Assembly (NCBI GenBank): GCA_963799845.1
Contig: CAWCYI010000006.1
Coordinates: 1,216,001 to 1,280,000, forward strand
DNA: 64,000 bases
Source: an uncultured Nitrososphaerota archaeon
Lineage (GTDB): Archaea; Thermoproteota; Nitrososphaeria; Nitrososphaerales; CADDZS01
Direction: 5' to 3'
This document shows, one piece after another, positions 19,776 through 29,734 of this stretch (position 1 is the first letter of the stretch; every line of letters starts with the position of its first letter). The position numbers were made by a program, and so were the translations under genes. Under the pieces are notes generated by a model. That model had not been told where the DNA came from and ran no database searches. It saw nothing but the letters and a program-made list of their open reading frames with translations.

Positions 19776-20933
19776 TTGATTGATCTTGTTGGCGAGTCCG
19801 AAAAGCTAGATACTACCCGCTCGTCGCCTTACGTCATTGAAGTAAGAAATCTAACCAAGACTTTCATTAAAGGAAGCAACTACGCAGCTGTTAATGAAGT
19901 TTCATTCGAAGTTGGAAAGGAAGTTGTCAGTCTATTCGGTCCTTCGGGTTGTGGTAAAACTACAACCCTGAGGTGTATCGCAGGGCTGGAAAAACCTACT
20001 TCAGGTGAGATATTGATTGACGGAAAATTAGTGAGCTCGCCTTCCAAGAGAATATTCGTTCCACCCGAGAAGAGAAACGTGGGTTTAGTCTTTCAAAGCT
20101 ATGCTTTGTGGCCTCATATGAAGGTCTTTGATAATGTTGCTTTTCCTCTAAAAATTAGGCACATTTCGAAAGCTGAGACGAAGGAACGCGTCCGCAGAGT
20201 TCTAGCTCTAGTTGACTTGGAAATATTTGAAAGTAGATATCCGGCTCAGCTCAGCGGCGGACAGCAACAGAGAGTCGCGTTAGCTCGGAGTCTTGTTTAC
20301 GAGCCTAAAATCCTTCTCTTGGACGAACCGCTTTCGAATCTTGACGCCAAAGTGAGGGAAAGAACTCGAATTGAGCTCAAGAATTTATTGACAAAAATAG
20401 GTATCTCATCGGTCTATGTAACTCACGATCAGGAAGAAGCGTTTGTTATCTCTGATAGAATTTTGGTTATGAAAGATGGCCGAATCGTTCAGGCTGATAA
20501 GCCATACAATATTTATCGCCAACCTGCAGACGAATTTGTAGCCGCGTTTGTTGGAAGATCAAATATTTTGCACGGTACAATAGTGGCAATAAACGAAGGA
20601 AATTGCGAAGTGGTTATATTTGGAAATCGAAGGGTAACTTGTAAACTTCCATCAGAAATGGTCGTGGGTGACGAATGTCTCGTGATTATCCGCTCCAACC
20701 AAGTCAAGTTCGCAAATGCGGAGATCGGTCTAGAAGGCGCGATCCCTTGTGAGATTCAAGCAAAGGAGTACAAGGGTGCCGTGACAGACTACGTCGTGAA
20801 TGTGGGAAACGAAACTCTGACAGTAACTGTGAATGATGAAATCGGTATGGATCAGCAGGGGTATCCGGAAAGACATCAAGTCTTTCTTAAGCTTGCCGAA
20901 GATTCAGTAACGATAATTCCGAAAAAGAAATAA
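19776..20933 (+). CDS. ABC transporter ATP-binding protein (FbpC/PotA-like, TOBE domain)
   Basis: GPSGCGKTT, LSGGQQQR, LLLDEP, VTHDQEEA. Confidence 0.93.
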   Translation: MIDLVGESEKLDTTRSSPYVIEVRNLTKTFIKGSNYAAVNEVSFEVGKEVVSLFGPSGCGKTTTLRCIAGLEKPTSGEILIDGKLVSSPSKRIFVPPEKRNVGLVFQSYALWPHMKVFDNVAFPLKIRHISKAETKERVRRVLALVDLEIFESRYPAQLSGGQQQRVALARSLVYEPKILLLDEPLSNLDAKVRERTRIELKNLLTKIGISSVYVTHDQEEAFVISDRILVMKDGRIVQADKPYNIYRQPADEFVAAFVGRSNILHGTIVAINEGNCEVVIFGNRRVTCKLPSEMVVGDECLVIIRSNQVKFANAEIGLEGAIPCEIQAKEYKGAVTDYVVNVGNETLTVTVNDEIGMDQQGYPERHQVFLKLAEDSVTIIPKKK

Positions 20934-21024
20934 GCGCCAGGCGAATTTTCGTGATGAAATTTCTAAATCAGACTCATTTGTGCAGATTTAAATAATCCTC
21001 AGCAAACTCATTTCGAAAAAAAAA

Positions 21025-22212
21025 TTGGACTTTTCTCTTTCTGAAGAACAACAGATTCTAATCGAGACGGTCAAAGATTTTACGTCGAAGGAGGTTCAAC
21101 CATGGATTCGATATATCGAGGAGAACCAGACAACCGATTTAGGGCATAAGAAATCAAGGGAAATTTTCAAGAAAGCATCCAAGCTAGGGCTGACAGCCAT
21201 GGGATACCCTGAGGAGGTTGGCGGGATTAGTTCTGACCCAGTAACAATCGGATTAATTCTTGAAGTGCTGGGGATGTATGGCGGTTTACCGCAACTTGAG
21301 TCTGGTCAGCCTCTTTGTGGTCCTTCCGGACCAGGATCGGTGATTGCCGTTGCGGGATCTAAAGAGCAAAAGGAAGAGTGGGTGCCGGGCATTATTGCGG
21401 GAGACAAGGTTGTATCAATTGGTTCGACTGAACCACACTGCGGATCTGATGTTTCCCAGATCAAGACGACTGCGAGAAAGGAAGGAGACGATTATGTCAT
21501 TAACGGGGAGAAACAAATGGTCGGGGGAACTAGATGGTCTGACGCTCATCTCGTATACTGTAGGACGTCGGACGAACCGGGGGCAAAGGGAATCAGCGCG
21601 ATTCTCGTCGAAAATGATCTCGATGGAATAGAAAAGTACCAATTTAAGACACTAGGAGGATCTTTTTGGGAAATAGGTGGTATCCGATACAAGGACGTCC
21701 ATGTCCCCGTAACAAACCTACTCGGGCAGGAAGGCAGAGGTTTTTACCTTGCAATGGGTATGTTTGACTGGATGCGAGCATTAGCCGGCCCTTTTACGAT
21801 AGGTCTCGCCCAACGAGCTCTTGACGAATCGGTTGAGTATGCAAAGCAGCGTCAAGCTTTCGGCCAGCCAATCGGGAAGTGGGAGGCCCTCCAATTTCGT
21901 ATTGCCGAGGGTGCTACTCTGCTCGAGGCAGCCAGATGGCTCTCGTTCAGGGCGCTTTGGCTCGCAACTGCTCATAAGCCATACACCAAGGAGGCATCGA
22001 TGGTGAAATGGTGGGTACCCATGATAGCGTTTAACGTGGTGAACGATTGCATGCAGAATCTCGGAGCGACCGGCTATACGACCAACAGCTATGACGAATT
22101 AAGGCTCAGATATATTCGAGCACTTTGGATTGCTGACGGAACAATGGACATTCAGAAGATTGTGATAGGAAGAGAAATATTGGGACGAGAATTTGTGCCC
22201 TATAAGAAATAG
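21025..22212 (+). CDS. Acyl-CoA dehydrogenase
   Basis: TEPHCGSD, INGEK, RQAFGQPIG, LGATGY, IADGT. Confidence 0.93.
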   Translation: MDFSLSEEQQILIETVKDFTSKEVQPWIRYIEENQTTDLGHKKSREIFKKASKLGLTAMGYPEEVGGISSDPVTIGLILEVLGMYGGLPQLESGQPLCGPSGPGSVIAVAGSKEQKEEWVPGIIAGDKVVSIGSTEPHCGSDVSQIKTTARKEGDDYVINGEKQMVGGTRWSDAHLVYCRTSDEPGAKGISAILVENDLDGIEKYQFKTLGGSFWEIGGIRYKDVHVPVTNLLGQEGRGFYLAMGMFDWMRALAGPFTIGLAQRALDESVEYAKQRQAFGQPIGKWEALQFRIAEGATLLEAARWLSFRALWLATAHKPYTKEASMVKWWVPMIAFNVVNDCMQNLGATGYTTNSYDELRLRYIRALWIADGTMDIQKIVIGREILGREFVPYKK

Positions 22213-22239
22213 GAATTAGGAACTAGGTAGAAATAAGAT

Positions 22240-23019
22240 TTGGTTGAGTTTATAGAAGTCCAGCAAAACCAATCCTATACAATCATAACACTGAACCGTC
22301 CGGAAGTACTCAACGCAATAAATAATGCAATGAGAGCTGAAATGGTCTCTCTGCTAAACGAACTAACAGAGAAAGATGATTGCAGAGCAATCATTTTGAC
22401 AGGAAGGGGGAGATCCTTCTCTGTGGGTGCAGACTTGAAGGAGATGAGTCAGATGACTCCGACAGAATACAGGAAAAAGGCTGGGTTCGGAGCAAACGAG
22501 CCCTACAACACACTTTCTCGTTTTCCAAAACCCACGATAGCTGCAATAAACGGTTTTGCATTAGGCGGTGGTTGTGAACTTGCATTAGCCTGCGACATAC
22601 GAATTGCCTCAAGTGATGCAATGTTAGGACTGCCTGAAGTCTCTAGAGCACTAATTCCTGGTTCTGGAGGCACACAACGATTGCCAAGGTTAATTGGACC
22701 TGGACGAGCAAAAGAGCTCATCTTCACTGGCAAGAGAATCAGTGCAGCTGAGGCTGAGAAAATCGGCCTTGTGAATCATGTCTGTCCTCCCGAGGAACTT
22801 CTAAAGTCAGCATCCGATCTGGCATCAGCCATAGCTGAAAACGCTCCAGTTTCGGTGATGCTTGTGAAAGCTGCTATAGACAGGGGACTCGACATTGACT
22901 TGCGCTCGGGTTTAGCTTACGAGGCGGAGCTTGGTACAATTGCTCTTGGAACCGAAGATAGGCTAGAGGGCGGAAGGGCGTTCCAAGAAAAGCGTCAACC
23001 GAAATATTTGGGTAAGTAA
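22240..23019 (+). CDS. Enoyl-CoA hydratase (crotonase)
   Basis: FSVGADL, GFALGGGCELALACD, GLPEV, PGSGGTQRLPRLIG. Confidence 0.95.
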   Translation: MVEFIEVQQNQSYTIITLNRPEVLNAINNAMRAEMVSLLNELTEKDDCRAIILTGRGRSFSVGADLKEMSQMTPTEYRKKAGFGANEPYNTLSRFPKPTIAAINGFALGGGCELALACDIRIASSDAMLGLPEVSRALIPGSGGTQRLPRLIGPGRAKELIFTGKRISAAEAEKIGLVNHVCPPEELLKSASDLASAIAENAPVSVMLVKAAIDRGLDIDLRSGLAYEAELGTIALGTEDRLEGGRAFQEKRQPKYLGK

Positions 23020-23065
23020 TGTTAGGTTTCTCTTTCTTTTTTTGTATTTTTTCTTGCTGCTTTCA

Positions 23066-25183
23066 ATGAATGTGGTGCAAGAGACCTTGATTGAGACTAC
23101 TCTCCTAGATCAAATTTCGGCAGAGCGACTATTGTCGAAGTATGAATTGAAGATGCCGAGGCAAGGAATCGTGTACTCGGAGGAAGAAGCCGTCAACCTT
23201 GCAAAAGAATTCGGAAGCACAGTCGTGCTGAAAATTGCAGATAATAAGGTCCTTCACAAAACAGATGTCGGCGGAGTCAAACTCAATCTTGCAAAAGAGA
23301 TTGACGTACGGGCAGCATATTATGAGCTCGTCAGGAATTTTGGTATCGACTCATCGGAGCATTTCCATAGCTCAGTATTAGTTCAAGAGATGTTGCATGG
23401 AGATCCTCCAATTGAACTAATTTTTGGAGCAAAGAAAGACGAAACTTTCGGAATGATTCTTCTCTTCGGAGTAGGTGGTGTCCAGACTGAGATGTACAAG
23501 GATACTGCGATGTGCGTAGATCCATGGGAAGATCAAGATCTGAAGAACATGATCGGATCTATTAAGGCCCAGCAGTTACTAGATGGGTATCGTGGATCTA
23601 AATCCATTGAAAGGGAAAAATTGTTTCAATTCGCGAAACAATTAGAGCTGCTAGTAAAGGAAAACCCACAGATTGTTGAGATAGATCTCAATCCAATCAT
23701 CCAAACGCAAGGCAAGCTTGTGATCCTAGACGCGAAAATAAACACTTCCGGCAACGGATTTTCTGTAACCAAACAAAGAAGACCTACTTCATTAGAAGAG
23801 GTCAGTTTGCTTCTCAAGCCTAGAAGCATAGCCGTAATAGGTGCGTCCAATGACCCCCAGAAAATAGGTGGTATGATAATTCCTAGACTCGTAAAATTTG
23901 GATTCAACAGCAGCCTCATATTTCCCGTGAATCCAAATCAGGACAAAGTATCGGGACTAACTTGCTACAAGAGTGTAGACCTGATTCCTGAACCCGTTGA
24001 CCTCGCTTGTATTCTGGTTCCTGCTATAGCTGTGGCAGGCGTGGTCGAGCAATTAGGCAGGAAAGGAGTCAGATCCGCCCTTGTTTTCTCCTCGGGATTT
24101 TCAGAATCTGGGAAGGAAACCTTGCAGAAAGATCTGCAATCTAAAGCGGCGGAGTACGGAATAAGATTATGTGGACCAAACAGCGAAGGTATCGTTTCAA
24201 CGTCACACAAGACCTTTGTAAGTTTCAGCCAAAGGTTCGACTATCTTCAATCGCTTGAAAGCGGCTCGTCTTCTATTGTTAGTCAAAGCGGTGGAATATC
24301 GACATATGTAGCTCTCTCGTTAGCTGAACAAAATGCAGGATTTAGCAGTTTAGTTTCTACGGGAAATGAAGTAGATCTCGAGCTATCAGACTTTCTAAAA
24401 TTCTTTGCATTAGACTCTGAAACCAAGGCCGTTGGTGCTTTTGTCGAAGGGATAAGGAACGGGCCTCAGTTCGTTGATGCGGTGAAGGCACTAAACAAGG
24501 CCGGTAAGCCCTTGGTAGTTTACAAGAGCGGGAAGGCTTCTAAAGGCGCAATAGCGGCCGGCCTTCATACAGGGGCCCTTGCCGGATCATATAGTGTATT
24601 CCAAACTCTGATGCGTCAATTAGGAGTTATCGAGGCTCAAATGATTGGAGAACTCGGGGACATTCTCGGCGCCCTTTTTTTTCAACCTTTACCACGGGGT
24701 GATCGGCTTGTTGTCGCATCTGCTTCAGGTGGCGTCAACACAATAATTGCTGACTGGTGCGAAACTAGATCAATTAAACTTCAGGTGTTCGATGAGAACA
24801 AAAAAGCCCAGCTTGCAAAAATACTTCCCGATTTTGGGGCTGGAAGTAATCCATTGGATTTCACAGCTCAGGCGATGAGCAATCCGAGTATCATGAGCGA
24901 TACTTTAGAGCTGCTAGCTGACGAGGGGGACATCTTCGTCGTCGTGATGATAGGTGGAATAAGATTTGCAAAAGCCTATCTCGACATTTGTTCGCCGTTA
25001 ACTTCTCGAAATAAGACCGTAATCACATGCTGGCTTTCACCTAGAGGAGTCAATGAGGATACACGGCGCATTTTACTCGAGCAGAAGTTACCCGTGTATT
25101 CGGAGCCTACACAGGCACTCAGAGTCGTCGAGGCTTTACTCAACTATTCAAAATATTGTCGTGAAAGAGCCCCTAAATTATGA
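23066..25183 (+). CDS. Fused ADP-forming acyl-CoA synthetase (ATP-grasp beta domain N-terminal, CoA-binding alpha domain C-terminal)
   Basis: HKTDVGGV, VQEM, EIDLNP, then IAVIGAS, GPNSEG, SQSGG, LHTGA; start uncertain (23042/23066/23087). Confidence 0.9.
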   Translation: MNVVQETLIETTLLDQISAERLLSKYELKMPRQGIVYSEEEAVNLAKEFGSTVVLKIADNKVLHKTDVGGVKLNLAKEIDVRAAYYELVRNFGIDSSEHFHSSVLVQEMLHGDPPIELIFGAKKDETFGMILLFGVGGVQTEMYKDTAMCVDPWEDQDLKNMIGSIKAQQLLDGYRGSKSIEREKLFQFAKQLELLVKENPQIVEIDLNPIIQTQGKLVILDAKINTSGNGFSVTKQRRPTSLEEVSLLLKPRSIAVIGASNDPQKIGGMIIPRLVKFGFNSSLIFPVNPNQDKVSGLTCYKSVDLIPEPVDLACILVPAIAVAGVVEQLGRKGVRSALVFSSGFSESGKETLQKDLQSKAAEYGIRLCGPNSEGIVSTSHKTFVSFSQRFDYLQSLESGSSSIVSQSGGISTYVALSLAEQNAGFSSLVSTGNEVDLELSDFLKFFALDSETKAVGAFVEGIRNGPQFVDAVKALNKAGKPLVVYKSGKASKGAIAAGLHTGALAGSYSVFQTLMRQLGVIEAQMIGELGDILGALFFQPLPRGDRLVVASASGGVNTIIADWCETRSIKLQVFDENKKAQLAKILPDFGAGSNPLDFTAQAMSNPSIMSDTLELLADEGDIFVVVMIGGIRFAKAYLDICSPLTSRNKTVITCWLSPRGVNEDTRRILLEQKLPVYSEPTQALRVVEALLNYSKYCRERAPKL

Positions 25184-25545
25184 AATATGGGTCATTTCAG
25201 ATTCTGTTTTTTGCATGTTAACATAACTTGCTTTGTATTGGAGGTTTTCAGGTCATTTAGAATAGAAATAAGCTAGCCAATCTTCATCGGTGCTTTGTCT
25301 TTACCGGACTCGGCAGTTTTTTTCAAATTATTGCAGATCGCTTGGCTGGCATTCGCGAATTTTACTCGTTCATTCATCTGGTTCATCTGCCCGGCCATTT
25401 TGCGCATTGGTTTTGAGTATCTTGACCGGGCCGCGAAAGGCCAGTTGAAAGGAAGCGCAGACAAATAGATGAAACCCCCATAACGGCATTCCTGATTTTA
25501 GTCGGTCGACATCAATTGATAGAATATCGCGAAGTGTACTAACGG

Positions 25546-25553
25546 TTAAATAG
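25546..25553 (+). promoter_or_regulatory. Archaeal TATA box for probable leaderless transcript
   Basis: TTAAATAG 23-30 nt upstream of ATG 25576. Confidence 0.5.
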
Positions 25554-25575
25554 TATCTCAAGTTTTTAGGCGTTT

Positions 25576-26904
25576 ATGAATTCTCGCGTAAAGCATGCGA
25601 TTTCTACAACTGTTGTTATAGGTATAATCGTCATCTTAGTGATTGCCGCTGGGGTCGGCGTTTATCTTGCAACTAGTTCCAAAACTACTACGAGCACGTC
25701 TACGACTCCCACTACGAGTTCAACTCCATCCACAACTTCGACATCGACTACCACTACACCTACTTCATGCACTCCGTACAACATTGGTATTATGGAAGAT
25801 GAAGAAGGAGCGGTCGCATCCTTTGCAAATGAATCAATTCATATGGCTCAGATAGCAGTAAACCAAATAGATGCCCAGGGCGGTGTGAATTGTCACCCAC
25901 TAAAGCTCTTTGTGGCGGATGAAACTACATCCGCTTCAGCTGCTGCTAACACTCTCGTCTTGCAAGACAACATTAGCGCACTGGTCGGCATCACATACGC
26001 AGGCGATGCGGAAGCCATCTTTCCATTCCTTTCTGCTCATCATATAATTACGATAATGAATACTGCGAGCAACAATGCTCTTCTTGAGAATCTAACAACC
26101 GATTATACTGACTACCAATACTTCTTCAGAATAACACCCACTGATGCTGAGATGGCTCAAAGTGCGATAAACTTCACTGCGTCTGTGATAAAACCTTCCT
26201 CGGTTTACTTTGTGGCTGAAGATCTGTCTTTTGCGCACGAGTTGTTCCAGAACCTCTCAAACTTTGCAACTGCAGCAGGAATTAGTGTCGCTGGATCTAC
26301 TTTTGTCCCGCTCAGCCAGACAGATTTTAGCACTACCGCAACTACAGTCGCGGCAGCAAATCCTGGGTTGGTCATCGATTGTCAGACTGGATCTGGAGCT
26401 GGTTCATTCATCCAAGATCTAAGGGCGACTCCTGCAGGTGCCAACATGAAGGTTCTTTACATGTGCAACGGAGCATTGGCTGATCCTGGATTTCAGGGTT
26501 ACTTAGAGTCGTCCGACGCGACATTGCTCAATGGAGTGGTCTTTCAAGTCGAACCAAGTACTGCCTCAGTGGCGCTGAACAACGTCAGCACTTATGTGGC
26601 TACCCAGTACACCAAAGTCATGGGAAGCTTCTATCCATATTATTCATTCGTGTCTAATGACTATTCGTCAGTAGTCGTTCTTGCTGCTGCCCTCAAGCAG
26701 GCTGGAACAATTTCAAATGTGACCGCTATTGTTTCCGCGCTACAAACTGTAAGTGCAGTGGGACCAACTGGTACAATTCAATTCAATTCTCAGCACATAT
26801 GGAACCCTGGCTTTTGGTATACCCAAATCCAAGCACCCTACACGGAGAAAGTAATCTATCCAAGCGCCAATGCAAATGGGTCTTACAACGCTACCCTTTC
26901 GTAG
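25576..26904 (+). CDS. Branched-chain amino acid-type ABC solute-binding protein
   Basis: TM anchor, Thr/Ser linker, AVNQIDAQGGV, YFFRITPTD, GPTGTIQF; heads a liv-type operon. Confidence 0.88.
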   Translation: MNSRVKHAISTTVVIGIIVILVIAAGVGVYLATSSKTTTSTSTTPTTSSTPSTTSTSTTTTPTSCTPYNIGIMEDEEGAVASFANESIHMAQIAVNQIDAQGGVNCHPLKLFVADETTSASAAANTLVLQDNISALVGITYAGDAEAIFPFLSAHHIITIMNTASNNALLENLTTDYTDYQYFFRITPTDAEMAQSAINFTASVIKPSSVYFVAEDLSFAHELFQNLSNFATAAGISVAGSTFVPLSQTDFSTTATTVAAANPGLVIDCQTGSGAGSFIQDLRATPAGANMKVLYMCNGALADPGFQGYLESSDATLLNGVVFQVEPSTASVALNNVSTYVATQYTKVMGSFYPYYSFVSNDYSSVVVLAAALKQAGTISNVTAIVSALQTVSAVGPTGTIQFNSQHIWNPGFWYTQIQAPYTEKVIYPSANANGSYNATLS

Positions 26905-26929
26905 CAGTAAACAAGAAGATTCCAAGAAC

Positions 26930-26970
26930 GAGGGGGAATATTCGGGGTTCTCCCCCCTTCAATTTTTCTA
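26930..26970 (+). terminator. G/C stem-loop plus T tract after the SBP gene
   Basis: GAGGGGGAA...TTCTCCCCCCTTC followed by AATTTTTCT. Confidence 0.5.
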
Positions 26971-27071
26971 CTCAATTTTTGAAGAGCCTACTTAGTAGTC
27001 TAAGCTGAATAGGATTCTATGTTTAATTATTTGTAGTCGAAGAAAACGGATGATTGTAAGAAGGCAGTAAT

Positions 27072-27950
27072 TTGATCCCTCTGACACCAACGTTTGTCGA
27101 GCAGATATCAGTTAACGCAATACTCCTTGGCCTTGTTTACGGTATGGTTGGTCTCGGACTTTCTCTCGTCTTGGGAATAATGAACGTCCTAAATATATCT
27201 CATGGATCCATGTACATCCTAGGCGGTTACCTAACGTATTACATATCGGAGCAGCTTCACTATGCCCCTATTCTAGGCTTAGCTTTTGCAGCAGTTGTAA
27301 CTTTTGGCCTCGGGGTTGTCTTCGAACTCATATTTGTGGACAGGGTTTCAAATGATCCTACTAGGGTCATGCTAATCACCTTCGGAATAGCTATCATAAT
27401 AGAACAAGTTACGTTGCTAATCTGGGGTGGGACTGCCATACCGACACCTGCTCTCGTAAAGGGCTTTACGACAGTCGGCCGAGTCATCGACTTTCAGAAT
27501 GAGCAACTGCTGGCGGCTCTAACCGGCATCGGTGTCGCTGTGATTACATCACTGTTTCTTCGTTTTACTGAGTTTGGAAGAGCAATGCGAATGGTTTCGC
27601 AGAATAGCGAGGCCGCCCTTTCAATAGGCGTAAATTCCCGTTGGGTATTCGCAGTTGCGTTGGGAATAGGCTCTCTCTACGCTGGCTTGGCTGGCTCTCT
27701 TCTCTCGCCAATAACATTTGTTCAGCCGAATTACCAGTGGTTACCACTGCTCTTTGCATTCGTTGTAGTAGCAGTTGGTGGCCTCGGAAGCGTAATCGGC
27801 AGTATCATTGGGGGGCTTATTTTCGGAATCCTCGAGACTATTGGCGAAGTAGTCTTCCCATCGAGCGCGGATATCCTAGTCTTTGTTTTGATAATCGTGA
27901 TTATTCTTGTACGCCCACGGGGACTGTTTGGAGCAAAGGAAAGAATTTGA
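27072..27950 (+). CDS. livH: Liv-type ABC permease
   Basis: GLSLVLGIMNVLNISHG, FGRAMR, GGLGS..GSIIGG, RPRGLFG. Confidence 0.9.
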   Translation: MIPLTPTFVEQISVNAILLGLVYGMVGLGLSLVLGIMNVLNISHGSMYILGGYLTYYISEQLHYAPILGLAFAAVVTFGLGVVFELIFVDRVSNDPTRVMLITFGIAIIIEQVTLLIWGGTAIPTPALVKGFTTVGRVIDFQNEQLLAALTGIGVAVITSLFLRFTEFGRAMRMVSQNSEAALSIGVNSRWVFAVALGIGSLYAGLAGSLLSPITFVQPNYQWLPLLFAFVVVAVGGLGSVIGSIIGGLIFGILETIGEVVFPSSADILVFVLIIVIILVRPRGLFGAKERI

Positions 27951-28942
27951 TTAGATTCTCAAGAACAATCCTCTTCGTGGGAATTATTTTCTACGTGGCA
28001 TTAGGCGTGGTCCCTCTAATTACAAGAAATCAATTCTTTCTATCGTCGATGATCTTCGTCTTTGTATTCGCATTGTTTGCCGCAGCTTGGGATCTTAGCT
28101 ATGGAGTTGCTGGAATCATAAACTTGGGGCCCGGCGCGGCATACGGGATAGGATCTTACCTTTTTGTATATTTTGCTCTGGCGCACTACCCTCCATTGTT
28201 AGCCTTCATTGCGGCAGCGGCGATTTCGTCACTCGTCGGATTTGTTTACTGGATACCAAGTATCCGGACGTCAGGCTCCTATCTTGCTATCGTCACGTTG
28301 ATCTTGCTCCTTCTCGCCGGAGAAATAGCTCTGGGTTATACGGGTGAAGAAGGAATCTCTGCGCAAATTAATTATTACGCTCCTACGCTGATCCAATCGT
28401 ACTACATTACCCTAGCGATTGCTTTTGTTGGAAGCCTTGCACTCTTCCTTCTATCATTTTCAAAGTTTGGTTTAAGGCTAAAAGCGATGAGAGACGATGA
28501 GATCGCTGCGAAAGCTGTTGGGATAAATGTCTACTTCTACAAGTTAGTTACTTTGGTAGTCAGTTCTTTTCTCTTGGGCGTTTCAGGAGCTTCCACAGCA
28601 TTCTTGATCAATCATTCGCACTTCGACTACACAATTTTCGCGATTACTCCAAATTTTCTTGGAGTTGTGATTAGCGTCATCGGCGGGCCAGCTACAATTT
28701 TTGGCTCAATCATAGGATCGTTGATAGTAGAGCTACCTGCAAACTATCTGACATCGTACAGTACATATGCAGTAATAACATATGGTGCAACCCTAGTTTT
28801 AGTTGTCTTGTTCCTGAGAAGTGGAATACTCAATGCTATTGTCACACTCACAAGGCGCCTCGCCAAGATAAATGCAAAGGAGTTTGATTCAAATGGTACT
28901 GCTTTGGAAGAAAAGAGATTGGAAACTACACCTGCCAAATAG
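27947..28942 (+). CDS. livM: Liv-type ABC permease
   Basis: WDLSYGVAG, YLAIVTL, GLRLKAMRDDEIAAKAVGIN; TTG start overlapping the livH stop (ORF track overextends to 27641). Confidence 0.88.
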   Translation: MIRFSRTILFVGIIFYVALGVVPLITRNQFFLSSMIFVFVFALFAAAWDLSYGVAGIINLGPGAAYGIGSYLFVYFALAHYPPLLAFIAAAAISSLVGFVYWIPSIRTSGSYLAIVTLILLLLAGEIALGYTGEEGISAQINYYAPTLIQSYYITLAIAFVGSLALFLLSFSKFGLRLKAMRDDEIAAKAVGINVYFYKLVTLVVSSFLLGVSGASTAFLINHSHFDYTIFAITPNFLGVVISVIGGPATIFGSIIGSLIVELPANYLTSYSTYAVITYGATLVLVVLFLRSGILNAIVTLTRRLAKINAKEFDSNGTALEEKRLETTPAK

Positions 28943-28992
28943 ATCAAGTCAAGCAAGATTTGTATAAGAAAAAAGGAGTCTTAAGAGAAAAG

Positions 28993-29709
28993 ATGAGACT
29001 TGCAATTAACAACGTCGTAAAAAAATTTGGAAACCTCGCCGCGGTGAACGACTGCAGTATAGAGCTCGACAAAGATGGAATCTATGGGCTCGTGGGCCCT
29101 AATGGCTCTGGGAAGACTACTCTATTCAACTTGATATCTGGTTTCCTCAGACCTGATGAGGGGGGGATATTTTTTGAAGAAAAGAGGATCGGTGGAAAGA
29201 ATCCCATAAGTATAGTGAGGCTTGGGATCGCGAGAACTTTTCAGTTGCCCAGAGTATTTTCTAATCTTACTGTTCAGGAGAACCTCGAAGCGTCTATGTT
29301 TGGTCAGGGGAATAAAATACAAGAATTGATAGATGTCTTCAATTTGAAAGATGTAAGAAACTCTATGGCCTCCACAATTTCTTTCGGGCAAAAGAAGCAA
29401 CTTGAGCTCGCTAGGGTTCTATCAATGAATCCCACCCTACTACTTCTTGACGAGCCAACTTCCGGGCTCGAGCCATCTTTGATTAGAATCACAGTGGATC
29501 AAATAAAGTACGTTAGGGAGCTCGGAAAATCGATATTCATAATCGAACACAACATGAATGTGATAATGAATCTAGCGGAGAAGATATTTGTGCTTCACAA
29601 TGGCAGGAAAATTGCTGAGGGGATGCCAAGCGAACTCAAAGCAAATACTCTCGTAATTGATGCCTACCTCGGGGAATCAGCGAAAGAGGAAGAGCAAACT
29701 CAGCAGTAA
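28993..29709 (+). CDS. livG: Liv-type ABC ATP-binding protein
   Basis: GPNGSGKTTLFN, GIARTFQ, LLLDEP, IEHNM, AYLG. Confidence 0.92.
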   Translation: MRLAINNVVKKFGNLAAVNDCSIELDKDGIYGLVGPNGSGKTTLFNLISGFLRPDEGGIFFEEKRIGGKNPISIVRLGIARTFQLPRVFSNLTVQENLEASMFGQGNKIQELIDVFNLKDVRNSMASTISFGQKKQLELARVLSMNPTLLLLDEPTSGLEPSLIRITVDQIKYVRELGKSIFIIEHNMNVIMNLAEKIFVLHNGRKIAEGMPSELKANTLVIDAYLGESAKEEEQTQQ

Positions 29710-29734
29710 AAAATGATCGAGAGAGAGTCAATGA

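Noticed and set aside
25200-25560. Short ORFs between the ACD and SBP genes
   Set aside because: No recognisable motifs; cannot support a gene or remnant
27641-27946. Long N-terminal extension of livM in the ORF track
   Set aside because: Overlaps livH in another frame; the coupled TTG at 27947 is more plausible
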